From positions 4,526,001 to 4,590,000 of the forward strand of contig JAYWIR010000002.1 of NCBI GenBank assembly GCA_036172245.1: a stretch of DNA of 64,000 nt, in the 5' to 3' direction. Below the pieces are notes generated by a model. That model searched no databases, was not told the origin of the DNA, and saw only the letters and a program-made list of their open reading frames with translations. The position numbers and the translations under genes are program-made. Shown here one piece after another: positions 42,231 to 55,686 of the stretch. The stretch is from Raillietiella orientalis. Its lineage: Eukaryota. Positions within the stretch are counted from its first letter, which is position 1. Every line of letters starts with the position of its first letter.

Positions 42231-45200
42231 CACCGGAACTAACATCAGTTCTGCGTTGACTTTGATTCTATCCATTGCTTGATGCTCTGGCAAAATAAAC
42301 TTCCGCCAATGGAGCATTGTGCAGATTTCTCCACTCTTTTGTCAGGGATGATTTTTGCAATCTTAATTCTCATATAAGGGTTCCCAAAGATGTAGAATGC
42401 GACTGTTCAGTCCAATAATGGCGCCTTGCAACAAAAAAGGAAATGCTGTAATGCAAGCTGCGTACAGAGGGAGGGAAGCTGCGGAAGGGCTCTGAAAGAC
42501 AGAAGTTTGTGCATGCAGAGCTATAATTTGGTGATGCTTAGTAGATATGCATGACGGTTCTTCTGCGTGAAGCGTCATCCATTAATTAGTGAATGCACAG
42601 ATAAATCTGATTTTCCCGTTGCCAGCAAGAATGAAATGACGTTCACTAGGATATTAGAAAAATCTATCGAAGCCATCTGAATTCATCAGATGGAATGCGA
42701 GCGCATCACCCGTTCGATGCGTAGCTTCGTTTGTTGGTGATTGGGAAGAAGAGGAGACAGAAAAATGCATTTTTATTCCACACATGTAACATAAACCTTC
42801 CTCTCAAGTGCGTCTTGCGAATGAAGGGGGCGCTGCTGGCATCTCAGAAACGGTTACCTTGGCTATCTGAATCATTCCGAATGAAGGGCAGAATCTGTCG
42901 GGAATTCTTTGTTTCATGATGCGCCGAAGCAGCCTGCAGCAGTCCCACATGAACTTATTTTCCGGCAGCCACACGCCATGATTTCTTAATCGATCACCTG
43001 TGGCAGAAACACTAACGCAATGTGTTTTCCCGCTTCGCTCCTTCCGCGTGCGGGTTCTTTGCAATGCGGATGGCACTCGCAAGTGGAAAGTCATTGCCCC
43101 TGCGAGGCAAGGCTGCCCACCGGAGATAAGGACAGATCCGAGGTCACGGAAGAATTACAGAGTGGACCTGTTCATTGAAAAAAGGAACACTGCAATGTCT
43201 TTGCTGGTGCGTCCGCCTTTTGGATCTGTTTTCAGAACGGGTTCGTCTCCGTCAAAGTTTTGGTTTCTGGACGGAGCTGCCCTTTGGGGCGGGTTCGGAG
43301 CACACAGGAAAGAAGTCTGCCTTTGTCGCGTATCCAGTGCTCTGTTACAAATGACTGGTTGCAACTATCATAAGGGTTTCCCACGTTGCGACCATGAGAT
43401 GAAATCACCTGAAGTTGGGATGGATTTTCACTTCTGGAGCTGCAGATCGTTGTTAAAAGTCCGCTTCTCATACTTCCAAGTTGTGCATCCGGAAGACTGA
43501 AATCTACTCAGCTTGTTTTATGCATCGCAAGGGCTTTTCTTGTAAGAATCGTGGGGTGTGTTTACATCGCTCTACATGCCGATCGCAGGATGTGCGTTGC
43601 TGACCCACTTCGGGGAAAGCGGCGCACCCATTTAGAGACCTTTTCGAGATTAGCAGAATGCGTCACTGAAAAGGCAGAGATGAAAGTCTGCCTATGAAAG
43701 AACACTTGGATTGCCATTCTTGATTTGCTATGGAATGGGAACTCTGCCGATCATTCATTCTGTGGTATTCCCAGACAACAGTTTTCGAGAATTTCATTTG
43801 CACGGACTCGGGGTAAGGGCAGCCATGCCCAGAGATCATCTTGGTGCTACATTGTACTACTTTCCTGCACGAGTAGCGGAAGGCAGCAGACAGCTCTTCT
43901 GATCTGATGGAGTCACTGGTATCTGCTTACTCTGCTGCCACTCCCACTTATTTCTTATGCAAAGAGGAAGAAGCCTTCGTGAGTTCTCTCGGTAGATTGA
44001 GATTTTCTTCTGCAGCAGCGGAAATTCTTTTCTGGTAGAACATCTCCTATCGGATTTGTATTGCTGTTCAGTGATTCTTGAAAATCTTCACTTTCCTAAG
44101 TGAGCAGCAGCTTCTTCTTCGGGCTGTCACTTCCGGTACGTCAATGCCTTTTTGTGGCACATCTGTGTTTCCGTGTTCCCCGTCACTGAAACGTGCATCG
44201 TCTCGTTGGACGCGTTCTCAGGCAGGCCGCACGTGTTTCTTTCTGGTCAGTCTTTGAATCAGGCCGAGAACCCGAATTCTCCTAAGAGGAAGTCAAATAC
44301 TCATTTTGCTTACTCTTCACTGGAGTTTCGCATAGTCTTCTTTTTCTTGCTGTCTTCCTGAGACTGCTTTGACTCTTTGGGTTCGGCTTTTATGACTATT
44401 CGACAAGAAACTGAGGCGAATTTTTCTTAATGCGAATTATCAGAAGCATCGGATTATTTTCTTCTGCCCAAGAGAATAAAAGTGCAGCTGAGGCAGCCAT
44501 TGAAGTCTTCTATGGAAGCCCCTTGACGAGTTATCTGTCTTTTCTTCGGCTGCTTCCGTTTTCTGTTTTAGCACTCCGACACAGTCCCTTCTGAGGACGT
44601 TGGTTTCGCGACAGCGTCGTTGCCGTCTGGTTGAGCAAAAAAAAAAGAGCTCCAAGCGTTCTAGAAGGCCGATTCGTAGTCTGGAATTTGAACTTTTTCA
44701 CCCAACGCTTCATCATCCGGGACACTGGCGTTCCTCACCGGTACCGATCCCATGAGAATGCTCTGAATGAGAGGACTCCATTCTGGAACCAAGCGACGGT
44801 GCCCCAATGGGGGTGTTTCGGAGGAAGACAGGGGGCAAAGGAAGCTCCCTGCTGGCACTTACGCATCTGAGAACATGACTTCCAACACAGAAGACTTTAG
44901 CGACTGAATTATCCCTCGGATTACAAATGATGCGGGGCTAGAAGTCATCCAGGAGTAAGGCAAGTGGGCGGCAATCCAAACGGGTCAGTGAATCCACAGA
45001 TCCTTTCAGGACAGTAGAAAAGAGGAGTAAGGCCTCATCTGTGAAGGTTTTCGGAAGAAAGGTCGAGCTGTCATCCGTCGGGAGTGTGTGCAACCAACCC
45101 GGAAGACTCAAGGGAATGCAGCAAAAATGGGAAACATTGCAGCCGTGCCATGTGCTTGTCTTGATGCAATCGTGTCGCTGCAGATGTTCGCATCTCAAAA

Positions 45201-46134
45201 GGATTCATGACACTGCGGTAGGAAGAAGATGCATACTTGAGGGCCAAATTCATCCGTCAGAAACTCGGAGGCAGTCCTGACACCGGAGCTGCGTCTCGGA
45301 GAACCATGGGACGATTCCAGCAGCCATGATGCCCGGTTCAGAGCGGGTGAATTTTGAGCATCCTCAGATGGTGGGCTGCAAAGCGTGCTGGATTCACGAG
45401 GAGATCAATGCGATCAGGCAAACGGTCCGCAAGCTGCGACGAATCAGGAAAGTTTTCCGTGATTCAGCGAAGACGAGCAAGAGAAGGAAACGAACTAGAG
45501 GTGTTTCCGCAGAAGGCATGACCAGAAGAACGCAATGTCATCTTCCCCCGGCCAAAACTTCAGGCTATGAAGAGCTAGATGAAACAATGCCAAGGGAATC
45601 TAATGATCTTGGGATGTGCATTCGGAGGTCATTTGTTTCAGAGCTCCTGTCAACTGGTAAGGCAGATTGAGTCGCTTAGAAGAATGAAGACCATGTGCAG
45701 CAGCGTTCAGCATACTTAAGCCGGGAATCTTGGAAAATTTTCAAGAGTGGAACTGCTGCAGGAAAAATCTTAGGGGCGTCGAAAAGAAGGTTGGTTTGCT
45801 TAGCTTCCGGTTGCCGTTGCCATTGCTTTTTTTCTTTCCTGATAGATGAATTTCTTTCTTCCTCTGCTCCCTTTTCAGATGAAAAGGGAGCAGAGTTTCC
45901 TAAAGGAAAAATCTCTGACACGAAGGATGCTTTATTCTTTTCTACATGCACAACATCTTTGCTGATTTCCGAAAGACAAATACTTTGAAAAGACTCCTAG
46001 AGAAGGGAAGCCGGAAACTGGAATTCTCGGGAGAAATTTCGTGGGAAAGAATTTTACTTTTTGTCTAGCAAACCAGTAGTTTTTCTCTAAGACAAACGAA
46101 ACGGGATGCATCATCACGTGAGATGCCGATGGGT

Positions 46135-47067
46135 TTAATGAACGTCTTTCTGGAGATGGATCACTTTCTTGCCAGTGCATGTTCTTATCAGAGTGTCCAG
46201 ATTGTTCGAACTGATTAAAATAGCGCTCAATAGAACAAATGTCACTCCCGTAACAGTGTATGCATTCGGTTCTTCGTCCCAAAACAAATGGCCCCACGTG
46301 TAGGAAAATGCTACTTCGACGGCGACAACGATAACCAGTGTCCCACACTGTACGTTTCTGGTAGCCAAGCTGATGAAGAACTGCTCGAACATTCCACAAA
46401 TTGTGAAACACAGCAGCTTGAGCATGTCTATCGGACACGAAGGAAATTGGAAGCTGCTGAGAATGAGGCTCATGAAGGACGTCAGCAGCAGCCCCATGGC
46501 CGAATAGGTCACCAGGATTGTGTTGATTGCCACGTGTCTGAGCTTCCTCATGAGAATCATCACCGCACCCGAAGCTAAGAGAAAGCAGAGGCTTGCCGCA
46601 ATTCCAAGCAGGTACTCAGAGTTGAAGGTGTCGGAGACACCAAACAGAAACGGTGGCTGAATGACCAGCACGGCGCCGGTCATTGAAAGGACAATGCAGA
46701 TGCCTTTCATCGTGGTGAACTTTTCCCTAAGAGTAAACCTGGCTAGGATCGTTACAACGACCGGCCTCACGTTGGCGATTGTGGCAACCGTGCCGAGAGG
46801 TATGAGATGGATGGCGTAATACTCCATCCACAGAGACAGGCATCCCATCAAGCCTCTCAGAGATAGCAGAGATAAATCCGCTTTGGAAAAAGGATTTGTT
46901 TTTAAACAAAGATTAGGCATGCAGGAAGATACGAACATGATTACAAAACGACACATGAGGAACTCTTGAGGAGAGTGAGATCCCAAAGCTTTGACCAGCA
47001 GGTTAGCCAGAGAAGAAGAAAGAGAACTGCATATTCCGCAAACTATCCCAAAGATGTGGTCTTTCAT
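46135..47067 (-). CDS. SLC35G1: SLC35G-like EamA/DMT-superfamily transporter, 310 aa, CDS uninterrupted
   Basis: About 10 hydrophobic segments in two EamA-like repeats (LLSLRGLMG..SLWMEYYAIHLIPLGTVATI, ILARFTLREKF, GAVLVIQPPFLFG, ILMRKLR, LFWDEEPNAYTVTGVTFV). The ORF-track N-terminus (47160-47096) looks like a polypyrimidine tract ending in TTCAG, i.e. a splice acceptor at 47097-47096. The first ATG after it is 47067. Confidence 0.85.
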   Translation of the reverse strand: MKDHIFGIVCGICSSLSSSLANLLVKALGSHSPQEFLMCRFVIMFVSSCMPNLCLKTNPFSKADLSLLSLRGLMGCLSLWMEYYAIHLIPLGTVATIANVRPVVVTILARFTLREKFTTMKGICIVLSMTGAVLVIQPPFLFGVSDTFNSEYLLGIAASLCFLLASGAVMILMRKLRHVAINTILVTYSAMGLLLTSFMSLILSSFQFPSCPIDMLKLLCFTICGMFEQFFISLATRNVQCGTLVIVVAVEVAFSYTWGHLFWDEEPNAYTVTGVTFVLLSAILISSNNLDTLIRTCTGKKVIHLQKDVH

Positions 47068-48229
47068 GTTGAAGAACTTTTTTTTCCGCTCCTTCCTGAA
47101 ACACACAGAGGAAGAAAGGGAGAGAGGGGGGAGGAGAAAATTAAAATCAGAGAAAGCCATCAGCCGGGTAATCTCAGCAAATTTATCTAGTCATGCAATT
47201 CTTTACATCCTGGTTTTCGGCACCGAATTTCACTGATCGGAAGCCAGTGTGGTTGGCATCTGTTAACTTCATGGTCTTCGGTATCAGTGACTTATCGATG
47301 CGGAGATTCTGTCCGTTAATCGCTCATGATCCTGATTTCTTTGCTCCAATTAACTGGTAATTGGAACAGAGATACTGGATCACCTGATCGAATTTCGAAA
47401 ATTTCGAAACCGGCGGGAAGACGAGACGGAACATGCATAATTTATTCGGGACTGCAGATGCCGCATTTTTCGCAAGCACCCCGAGTTCACGAGTCGGTTT
47501 TGGTATGTCTGGGAGTTTCCGTGATTCCCCCACCCCACACACGTGCCATCCTGTATGTGTGGGGTGCAGCGAGTCGATCAGCCACCGTCGGTGGAGATCA
47601 GGAGGACGTTGCAACCTCACTTTTTCCAAGCATACGGTACGTGGCGGGGAGAAGATGGAGACAACTATCGGACACGACACGCCGAAGAAAAAAAAAGGGG
47701 GCAGGGGGGATCAGTGGTTTCAAATTCAGCAGTGATTTTGCAGGTGCTGCAGTTTGGTGGTTTCTTTAGGCGCGTGGCCACTTGAGGCGACGCGCGTAAA
47801 GAAAAGAAAAACGCATCGTTCTGCGCTTGTCGACCAGCACAACTCCAGCAAGTCCAGCCATCGAGATCGGCATTTATCCTTTTTTTTTTTATTGACGCAC
47901 GCGCCATGTACACCCGGCAGAGGGAGCGTTTTTTCACAAGCCGGGAGCTAAGCGTGTTCTTCCCATCCGGAAGTATGGAGTAGCGATACTCAATCTACGG
48001 CCCACCAAGCTTCTATGCGAGGCCCATATCATTGTATTGAGAATAGCATGTAGCAATTACAATCTGATTTATCTAAAATAGTCAAAAAGTCCCAACATTA
48101 AATAGTACACTATAGTCTTTCAGACGCTTGTTTCTAAGCTTCTAAACGCTTGGTTTCATTTAGATTTTGGGTTTTATTATTTACATGATTGTGTTGTAAT
48201 ATATAACGTACTATGTACAGCCCGCGTAA

Positions 48230-49460
48230 TGTTGCAAACTTATGTGGGTGGCGCGAGAAGAAGAAAGGTTGAGTATCACTGGTCTAGAGGAACCCGTAGA
48301 GCTTCCATCGGGAGCAGAGTTGGAGGTGAGCGCCGTTCTTGGTCTCCCTGCTCCACCACACATCCCGATGCACACTCGAAAGGCCGATCGGGAGGATATC
48401 AGGGAACCCCCTGTTGAAATTTCGCTTCGTTCCGCGCCACCTCATGCGTCCACGGAGGAAACGGATGCTGGGTGAAGCAAGGAGGGCGGGGGAAAAACAC
48501 AAGTAACGCGAGGTAAACAAACTCGAGCGGACGGGAAGTGGAACCTGATTGCAGCGGGCAGAGGAGGAGGAGAAGGAGATCGCAGGAGGAGAGGGGGGAG
48601 GGCGATCCCAGTGATTCCGAGAAAGCGGCAGGCAGTGCAAACCACTTACTTCTCCGATGCAGTCCAGTCGCAGCTCGGCGCGATGAACCAGGGGTTTCTG
48701 GCCAAAGTCGTTTTTTGTCAGGAGAGGGAGGCACTCTTCCCGAAGATGGACTATTTTATCCAACAATCCGTGCGAGATCCGCCTCCACCATGCACAGTTG
48801 CGCAATCAGCAGGGATGCGGGGAGCAAATCGGCAAAAAGGTCGCAGGAAGGCGGGAGCCCTGGGGCCAGAGAGAGACTGAGGTGAACGTTACTCGGGTCG
48901 ACGACTCGTTGCGGACAGCACAGCAAGGACAGAAGAGGACATGGGGTGCCTACCTAATCCGGTTTGCCGGGCTACACGGAAGTGTGTATACAGCCTGTGT
49001 GTTTCCACACTGAAAATCGAAGGGCCTGTTTGCCTGCCTTTAAAGCCTTCGCCGCATGACGGCGGAGTCCCTATCGGAGGGCACCTCCAATGGGGGTGCG
49101 TTCCGATAGAGGCTTGTTGCTCCTGCAAGCCGATTAACCACCGTTCGACATGGAGATCAGGAAGTGACAAGTTCCGAATTCTAATTGGATGGAATCCCTC
49201 CTGGGCAACCGTCTCATTCCGTTCGCCCCCGGGGTTGTCCAACCTTTTGTTTTTGTTTTTCTTTTTCTTTTTGTTTTCTCCCCCATCCCCTCCGCTGCCG
49301 AGGAGATGGGGGAGAAAGCATCAAGCCGGTCTGCGTACCGGCTTCCCGGAAGGCCTCACGATCTATTGGTCGCAGCGGGGCCTAGTACCGCAAATGTACA
49401 GTGTTTAGCAATAAACACCCCGGCGTGAGCGGGTGGCACTCCCCAGCGTCCACTGGTGGT
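48230..49460 (+). mobile_element. Decayed LINE 3' end (element B)
   Basis: A GC-rich degenerate coding-like stretch followed by a T-rich 3' UTR and the AATAAAC-N5-GGCGTGA motif (49410-49428) shared with elements A and D. The 5' boundary is approximate. Confidence 0.5.
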
Positions 49461-49769
49461 GGCGCGCGTTGCAGGGGAGACCCCAGTGCAACACCAGAAA
49501 CGACGACTCCTGCCACTTCAGAAAGAGGATGCTTGAATCGTTTCAGGAAGAGGGCTTTCCAGGAGGAGGTGGAGGGCGAGATGAGCCTCCCGGATGGCGT
49601 CCTTCTTGGGGAACCCGGAAGACGTCTCCTGGGTCCCATTCAGAGGAGGAGGAAATGCAAGAGGAGGAGGAGGATGGAGAGAGAGAGCTAGAAGGGGACA
49701 AAGGAGGACCTTTGTCCCCTTCCCTAGTCCGGTCCCCTTTTATCCTGTCCTCCCTCTCCGTCACGGTCA

Positions 49770-52700
49770 GGCGAACTGGGAGCGCCGTGAGGATGCTCCG
49801 GAACGACCCACGGAGGTTCCGTTCGCCGCCTTCCTGGAGGGCGGGAACAACCGCGCGCCGTCACGCATGGCGGGGGAGGTCCGCCCACCGGGTGGGGGTC
49901 GGCCCCGCGAGACGAGTCGAGCGCGTCCAGCGTCAGGGGCGGTCAGCTCTGCCTGAGGGCGGGAACGCTCCCGAGGTACGTCGCCGCTTGCCGATCTCAC
50001 CACCAGACAGGGGGCGGTGTCGGCATCTGCACCGGAAAGACTCTCCTTCATAAGGGAGCTGCAGAAAGGGGAATTCGGGATCCTCTTCTCTGCTCCTTCC
50101 CCCTCCTGACGGCCTTGCACCTCCTCCTGGACCCCTATCTGGAGACGGAGAAGAGGTTTCTCCTCCAAGCAATCCATGGGGCTCCGCCCGGGAAAGAGGA
50201 GCGCACCTTGCCCTCTGCTCCCGACGGGCACCGCCGCCACCGCTCTAGCTGCAGCTCCGGGAACGGCAGCCAGGACGCTCAAACTCCCTGCTCTCTCCCG
50301 GATCTTCCGCAGGGAGATGCCCTGTCCTCCTCCGGCTACGGGATGCTCGTTCCCGCTCCTCCCGTTTCCAGCGACCCGCTCCGTCGGAATCCCCCGGGAA
50401 GGGAGAAGGACTGGCCTGCTTCTGGACTCCCCGGGGCGCTCCCTGCGCGTCGCGGGGACGGGAGGAGGGGAAGACTGCTCTCCATCGAGTTTCCTGCCGT
50501 GGAGACCAGCCACGCCCACCTCCGCCTGCTCCGAGGCTCGGGGGGAGGCGGAAGATTCCCGCCCAAAGCTCTGCGCTCCCTCGGGAACGAGCCTCCCGTG
50601 ACGCTCGTTCATTCTTGTTTCTTAGGCGTCTCGCCCGGTACTCCTTGGAGCTCAGAGCATTCCTCCTCCCCCCTATTCCAGAGGGGGAGCGAGGATCGAC
50701 TCTCCTTCGCCCTGCATCACGGCGCGCTCGTTGGCGAGAAGGCGCCAGCAGCCCGACCACGGTCCCTCCCCTCACTTCCTTCCTTTTCGTCCCAGAGGGC
50801 CATCGGATGGGAGCCACGCCGCGATCAGACGGGAGAACTTTCAGCCCTCTTCCTCCTGCGGGTGTGTCCTCTCGGTATTCTCTAGTCCCTCAGGTGATGG
50901 CGGGCTGTTGTCTCCTTGGGGGATGCTGTTGGGAGGACTTCAGACCCTTCTTCCGAACTTGCTGGGCAGTCATCCCGATCCCGATTTCCGCCTCCTGGTT
51001 CAGATTTCGGACTCGCACCCATTGGGGAAGCTCAAGGCAAGTGCCATGCATAGTGCGGACAAGGCCACAACCCCAAGGCCGCGCTCTTCCTCCTTCACCA
51101 AAAAGGATACGGCAGGGCACTCCTGGATACCTCACGCCCCTGCGGTAATAGGCCCTCATTCGGAAGGGAGCGCGGTATCCAAGACGGCAGTCCTCATTCT
51201 CGTCTCCACTGTCTCCCATCCCCACCGCCCTATCGAGTCCCCCCTATACCGACGGTAACGAAAGCGACAATCGACATGCTGACGGCGGTGGCGCACAGAC
51301 GCAGGGAGTGGCATCGAGGAGAGGACGTGGAGAATGGCGACGTGAACGGAGCAGAGAGCGGAGAAACACGGAGACTTCGAAGAGATGCTTACACCCCTGC
51401 TTGCTTTCTCTCCTGCCAGGGAACCGCCTCCACTGCGGGAAATCAACAGTTTTTTTCATGAACGCGCGCCCAGGAGGGTGCCGTCATATTCACCGTTTCC
51501 CCCCGTTGCAGCTGTTGCCGGTTCCCGGGGCAGAAATTGGCGCAGAACTCCATCGAAGGGCAAGGGGTATCTTCGACTTCGAAGACGAGTCGGTACCAGC
51601 AGCCAAGAGCGGCTCTCCCATCGGCGGAGACGGTGCGATCGGCCGGTCAGATTCAGGAGGCGGGCCGGCTGACGGAGCGGCGCGTGACTCCGTTCTCGTG
51701 GAGGCCAGGCGGTCGGCCTCCTCTCGAGTCTCGAAGGCCTCCGAGAGCGGCGATGCACGGGAGGACAGATGGGAATCTCCGCCGTTCCGACCGTTCTTTC
51801 CCAGCGATCTGTCATTTGGTCTGCAGCCTAAGATCACCTCCGTCTCGCTCGCGATCCGACACGCAGCTCCCTCATCGCGGATGCCAAGGGACGGGTATGC
51901 CCTGTGCTTGGCAGCCTCGTGCCTCAGGATGTGTTCTGCTGGGGACCGGCAACACCCTGAGACTGAGGATTCATCCGCGCGCCGCAGCTCAGCGTGCCGT
52001 CTGCGGGTGCAACCTCCACCGGAGGCATCGGTAGGGGTCGGGGAGGACCCACCGCGGGAAGAATTTTTCAAGGGCATTCTGGATCACTGCACCAGCAGCC
52101 CGGATGCGATCGCCCGAGGGTAGGACGAAGTGTCCTCTCCGACTACTAAGAGGACTGCGCAGGGACATACTAGGGGCCGCTGTCCCTAGCCAGTCTATTC
52201 CGGGTGTGCAAAGCAGACCCGATGCTCCAGAGCGGTGGACAGGAGAATGCCTCCTGGCCTTTCGGGGGAAAAGGGACGCGGAAGAGCGAAGACGAGGGGA
52301 GGGAGGGAACACCTAGGAGTAGATGGCTCCGAAGGAGAGCGCACGCGCCAGCACAAGAGATCGCCTCAGGGTCCTTGAAAGCCCGACATCGAGCGAGCGA
52401 AGGCGTGACGAGAGAACTAACAAATCTCTAGGCAACGAACGGAGCGGGCCGTAAAGGAAACGGGCGTTTTTAAACGTCCCGTGCTCCGGGTCCCAACGCT
52501 CCAAAGTCGAAGGTCGGGTTACCATCGCGCGCGGCGCAAAAAACTGACTTTTCGGAGATTGGCTGGTGTCACACGCGAGCTGACTACGTGCTCCTCCACG
52601 AGAGCGCATCTCGCCTCGACACGTGCTCTAGTGATGAGGACTTTGGAGACTCCTCCTCCTCCTGAAAATCCTGAAAGCTGCTTCTGGGGCTTCGCAACCT

Positions 52701-55680
52701 CCGTGGGATCCTCCGAGATCCTTACGGAGGCGGACCGAGCGCCTGTGCAAAAGTTCGCCGTAGGGGTCCCCAGCAACCTCTGCCACTCACGTTTGATCCA
52801 CTGGGCGTAGCGGATGAGCGACCCCTTCGTGTCAGTTAGCAGAGCCATCTGTTTAGAATCAATAAGTCAAGGTCAGATAGCTGTGGGCAGAGAAGGACCG
52901 ACGTGCCTCGGCTCGAACCCAAAGGGACTACCCCCGCAGGGGGAGTAACTGGGAGAGATCTCAGGGAGAGGAGAGGGGGACGGTGATAAATAGAGATGGG
53001 GTGGACCGGCCCCACGGCATTCCACTCGATTCCCGAGGGCCTGCGTCAGGCAGGAAAGGAACAGAATCTGAAGGGAGAGTGGGAGGTGAGGAAGGAGTGC
53101 TCTCACCGATTTTGGGTTGGCCCGCCCACCAGTGTTTCGAAGGTTCCCTCGCACCCCACTTCCCTGGGCCAGGTCATGCACCAATCTTCACCGGATGTTG
53201 GGAGAAAGGGGGGGGCTCGCCTTTCCTCCATCTAGATCACTGGCAGGGCAGTGTGGTCAGCGACGAGGCGACCAGCACGGCCTGGATGCGCAGGCGTCTC
53301 TCCTCGCTTGGGGGGAAAGAGTGCCCCGCGCGCCATCAAGGCAACGATCTGGCGGTACCGGAGAGAGAGACACCAACTGGGAAGAAGCACAAGATCTCGA
53401 AGTTCTCCTGGGGATCCGTCCCCAGGAATGCCACCTGTCTTTCGGGATCCCTGTGCTGGATCTTTTGGAGCAGCCTCGTTCGCTAGGAAAGAGAGGTTTC
53501 CACTGGCCAATGGTCACCCGGAGCCCGGAGGTACGGCAGACCACCTACCACCCTGCAGGGGCGTCTCCTTCCTCCCGATCCAATGACGAAGTGGGTAAAG
53601 AGTGTCATCCTCAATGGCCATGCGCTGAGATCAGGGGGAGCCGGTTAACATCATCCGGCAACCCTGAAAAACGTGAAGTCTCTCCTGAAGACTGATGGCA
53701 CTGCTGCTCGGGGGAGTTGGGGACTTTCCATCCGTATCTCTGTTTTCCGATGATTCCTGCCGCCACGCGTCCCTCTTCAGTGGACGGCGGGAACACCACT
53801 CGTGCTCCTCCGCCAGCAACGCTCAGGAGAACCTTGGAAATTCTCAAGGCCAAGCCACGCGGGTCAGATGGCATCGCGTGCGATGCCCCTCAGGAAAATC
53901 GAGGAACCGTCGAGGTCCCTATCTGCCAGCACCACCGAACGTTGCTGCGCGTTCTCCGTCTGCTGAACCGGGAACCATTCTGCGACACGAGCATCGGAGG
54001 AGCCTCGGTTGGACCTCTTCCAGCAGTGGGGCGATCCCTCGTCCGAGGAAAGAAAGCATCAATCCGGAACTTTCCTCATCGCGTTGAACGAGAATCAGGA
54101 ACAACCAGAGACTTGGGGCGGAAGATTCCAAGAGCTCCATCGGCCGATCCCTCTCTCGTTTCATCGCGATCTGCTCTGAAACATCGGCTTTCTGTTCCAC
54201 AGCACGAAAAGAGGATGGGGAGGGGCGTCCTTGAAGCTACGCAGGCATCATTCTCGCCGACGTCGTCACCGCCAGCTCACCCGGGGCTACTGGAGCTCAA
54301 GGGGGAGGGAGAGGTGGGATGCTCAGCTGAGAAGATGCGAATGTGAGGAAACGCGGGGGACCGTCCGCGGCCTGATAGGGAGGGAATCGGACCCACAAGT
54401 CGTGAAGGTGGCGGGGAGAGAACGTTCAGGTTTCCTGGAGATTCGAAGTCCAGGATTGGCTTAAATGAGGAAAGGAAGGAGCAGAGGTCCAGTGAGCGAG
54501 CGGAAATGGAAGCGAGCAGCGGGAGATGCTGGAAGGATGGGCTCCTGCCACCCCGGGATCCTAGATCTCAAACCAAGGCGACGCTACGCCGCCAAAGCGT
54601 GCGCTACAAAAACGTAGGGGCGAGAGGGGGGAGGAATGCATGGAAAATGCTCTGGACGCTGGATAAGAAGTAGCAGGGAGCGCCCGGAAGAGCGTCCGGA
54701 AAGCGCGCACAGAACTCAGTTGGAAGGAGGAGATGCTGGACATCTGTTTGGAGTCAGCCAGCCAGTTCATGCGCGCGCACTCTCCTTCGTACCTTTCGCG
54801 CGGACCCTCCTGAGACAAGGGGAGCCTCCCATCTGCCATGGTAACCGCGGATCCTCCTTCGTCTTCCAGCTCGCAAGGATTCGGTCAGGTTCCAGGGCCA
54901 CTGACGCTGGAAGCGCACCCGACCAGACTCCCGAGGAGTTAACGTCCGCGGAGGCGGGTCCGCCAGATGGAGCGCAGGCGTCGTACCGTCCGCTGACGCG
55001 CGATGCCGAGATAAAGCACGTCGGAAGATTTGCGGCGCTTAGCCCTGTTGCAGAGGATTCCCTCAACAGTGGAAGAGGCCTTCGAACCTCACGCAGATCC
55101 GTAGAGCGAAATGGAAGGAGCCTCCGCCCAAGGCTCAACCCATGGGTTCCAGCTCGCCTCGAACGGCACGTTCGGGGGAAGGTGGGTAGCAGACCGCCAT
55201 GCTAGTCTTCCCAGAGCTCTCCGCGCTGCTTCGAGTGGAGTACATCATGCCTCGCCTAATAAGATCTTCGAATGCGCTTTCGCAGTCGGAAGTGCATCAG
55301 AAGATCCCGAAGCATCAAGCTTGGGAAGGACACGAGACTGCTGAGCTGTCGAAGTTTGGAGAAGGGTTGGCAAGAGTGAGTCTCTTGCAAACCCTTCTCG
55401 AGGAGTTTTTCGAGTCATCGGGAAGTTAAAGGGAAAGGTTCAGAAGGGAAATCCGTCGCGAGCCGCATCGATTTGCGCTCCGGACACATCTCCTCCCTTT
55501 GGCGATGGTTGTCAGGGAAGCAACCGCCGGACGATCAAGGAGACTTTGCAGCACAGGACCGCCGCTGCCCCTAGCCGATGATGCAGTGGGGTAAGAGCGA
55601 ACGGCGGAATCGCTCAAGGAAAGGAAGGGAAAGTCGGGAGAGCCCCTGATCCGCATGGGATGACAGAAAGGTAAGGGGTT
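49770..55680 (-). mobile_element. Long decayed L1/Tx1-like LINE with ORF1-like, APE-like and RT remnants (element E)
   Basis: In order on the minus strand: HLPPNVPFEA (ORF1-like, about 55180), LRVTIGQWK and VAFLG (APE start, about 53500), LSDL (like SDH, about 52875), TPGIDWL (like PGxDGL, about 52200), LSEAFETR (about 51740), PWIAWRR (about 50170). Heavily frameshifted. Confidence 0.55.
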
Positions 55681-55686
55681 CATTCT

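Noticed and set aside
41991-42317. Hydrophobic membrane-like 108-aa ORF
   Set aside because: The hydrophobicity comes from the antisense (GTT/ATT)n microsatellite.
47068-47160. N-terminal 31 aa of the 341-aa transporter ORF
   Set aside because: Largely a polypyrimidine tract ending in TTCAG, better explained as an intron 3' end plus 5' leader.
49433-54346. Many 200-280 aa overlapping ORFs on both strands
   Set aside because: Low-complexity GC-rich frames within LINE relic E; not independent genes.
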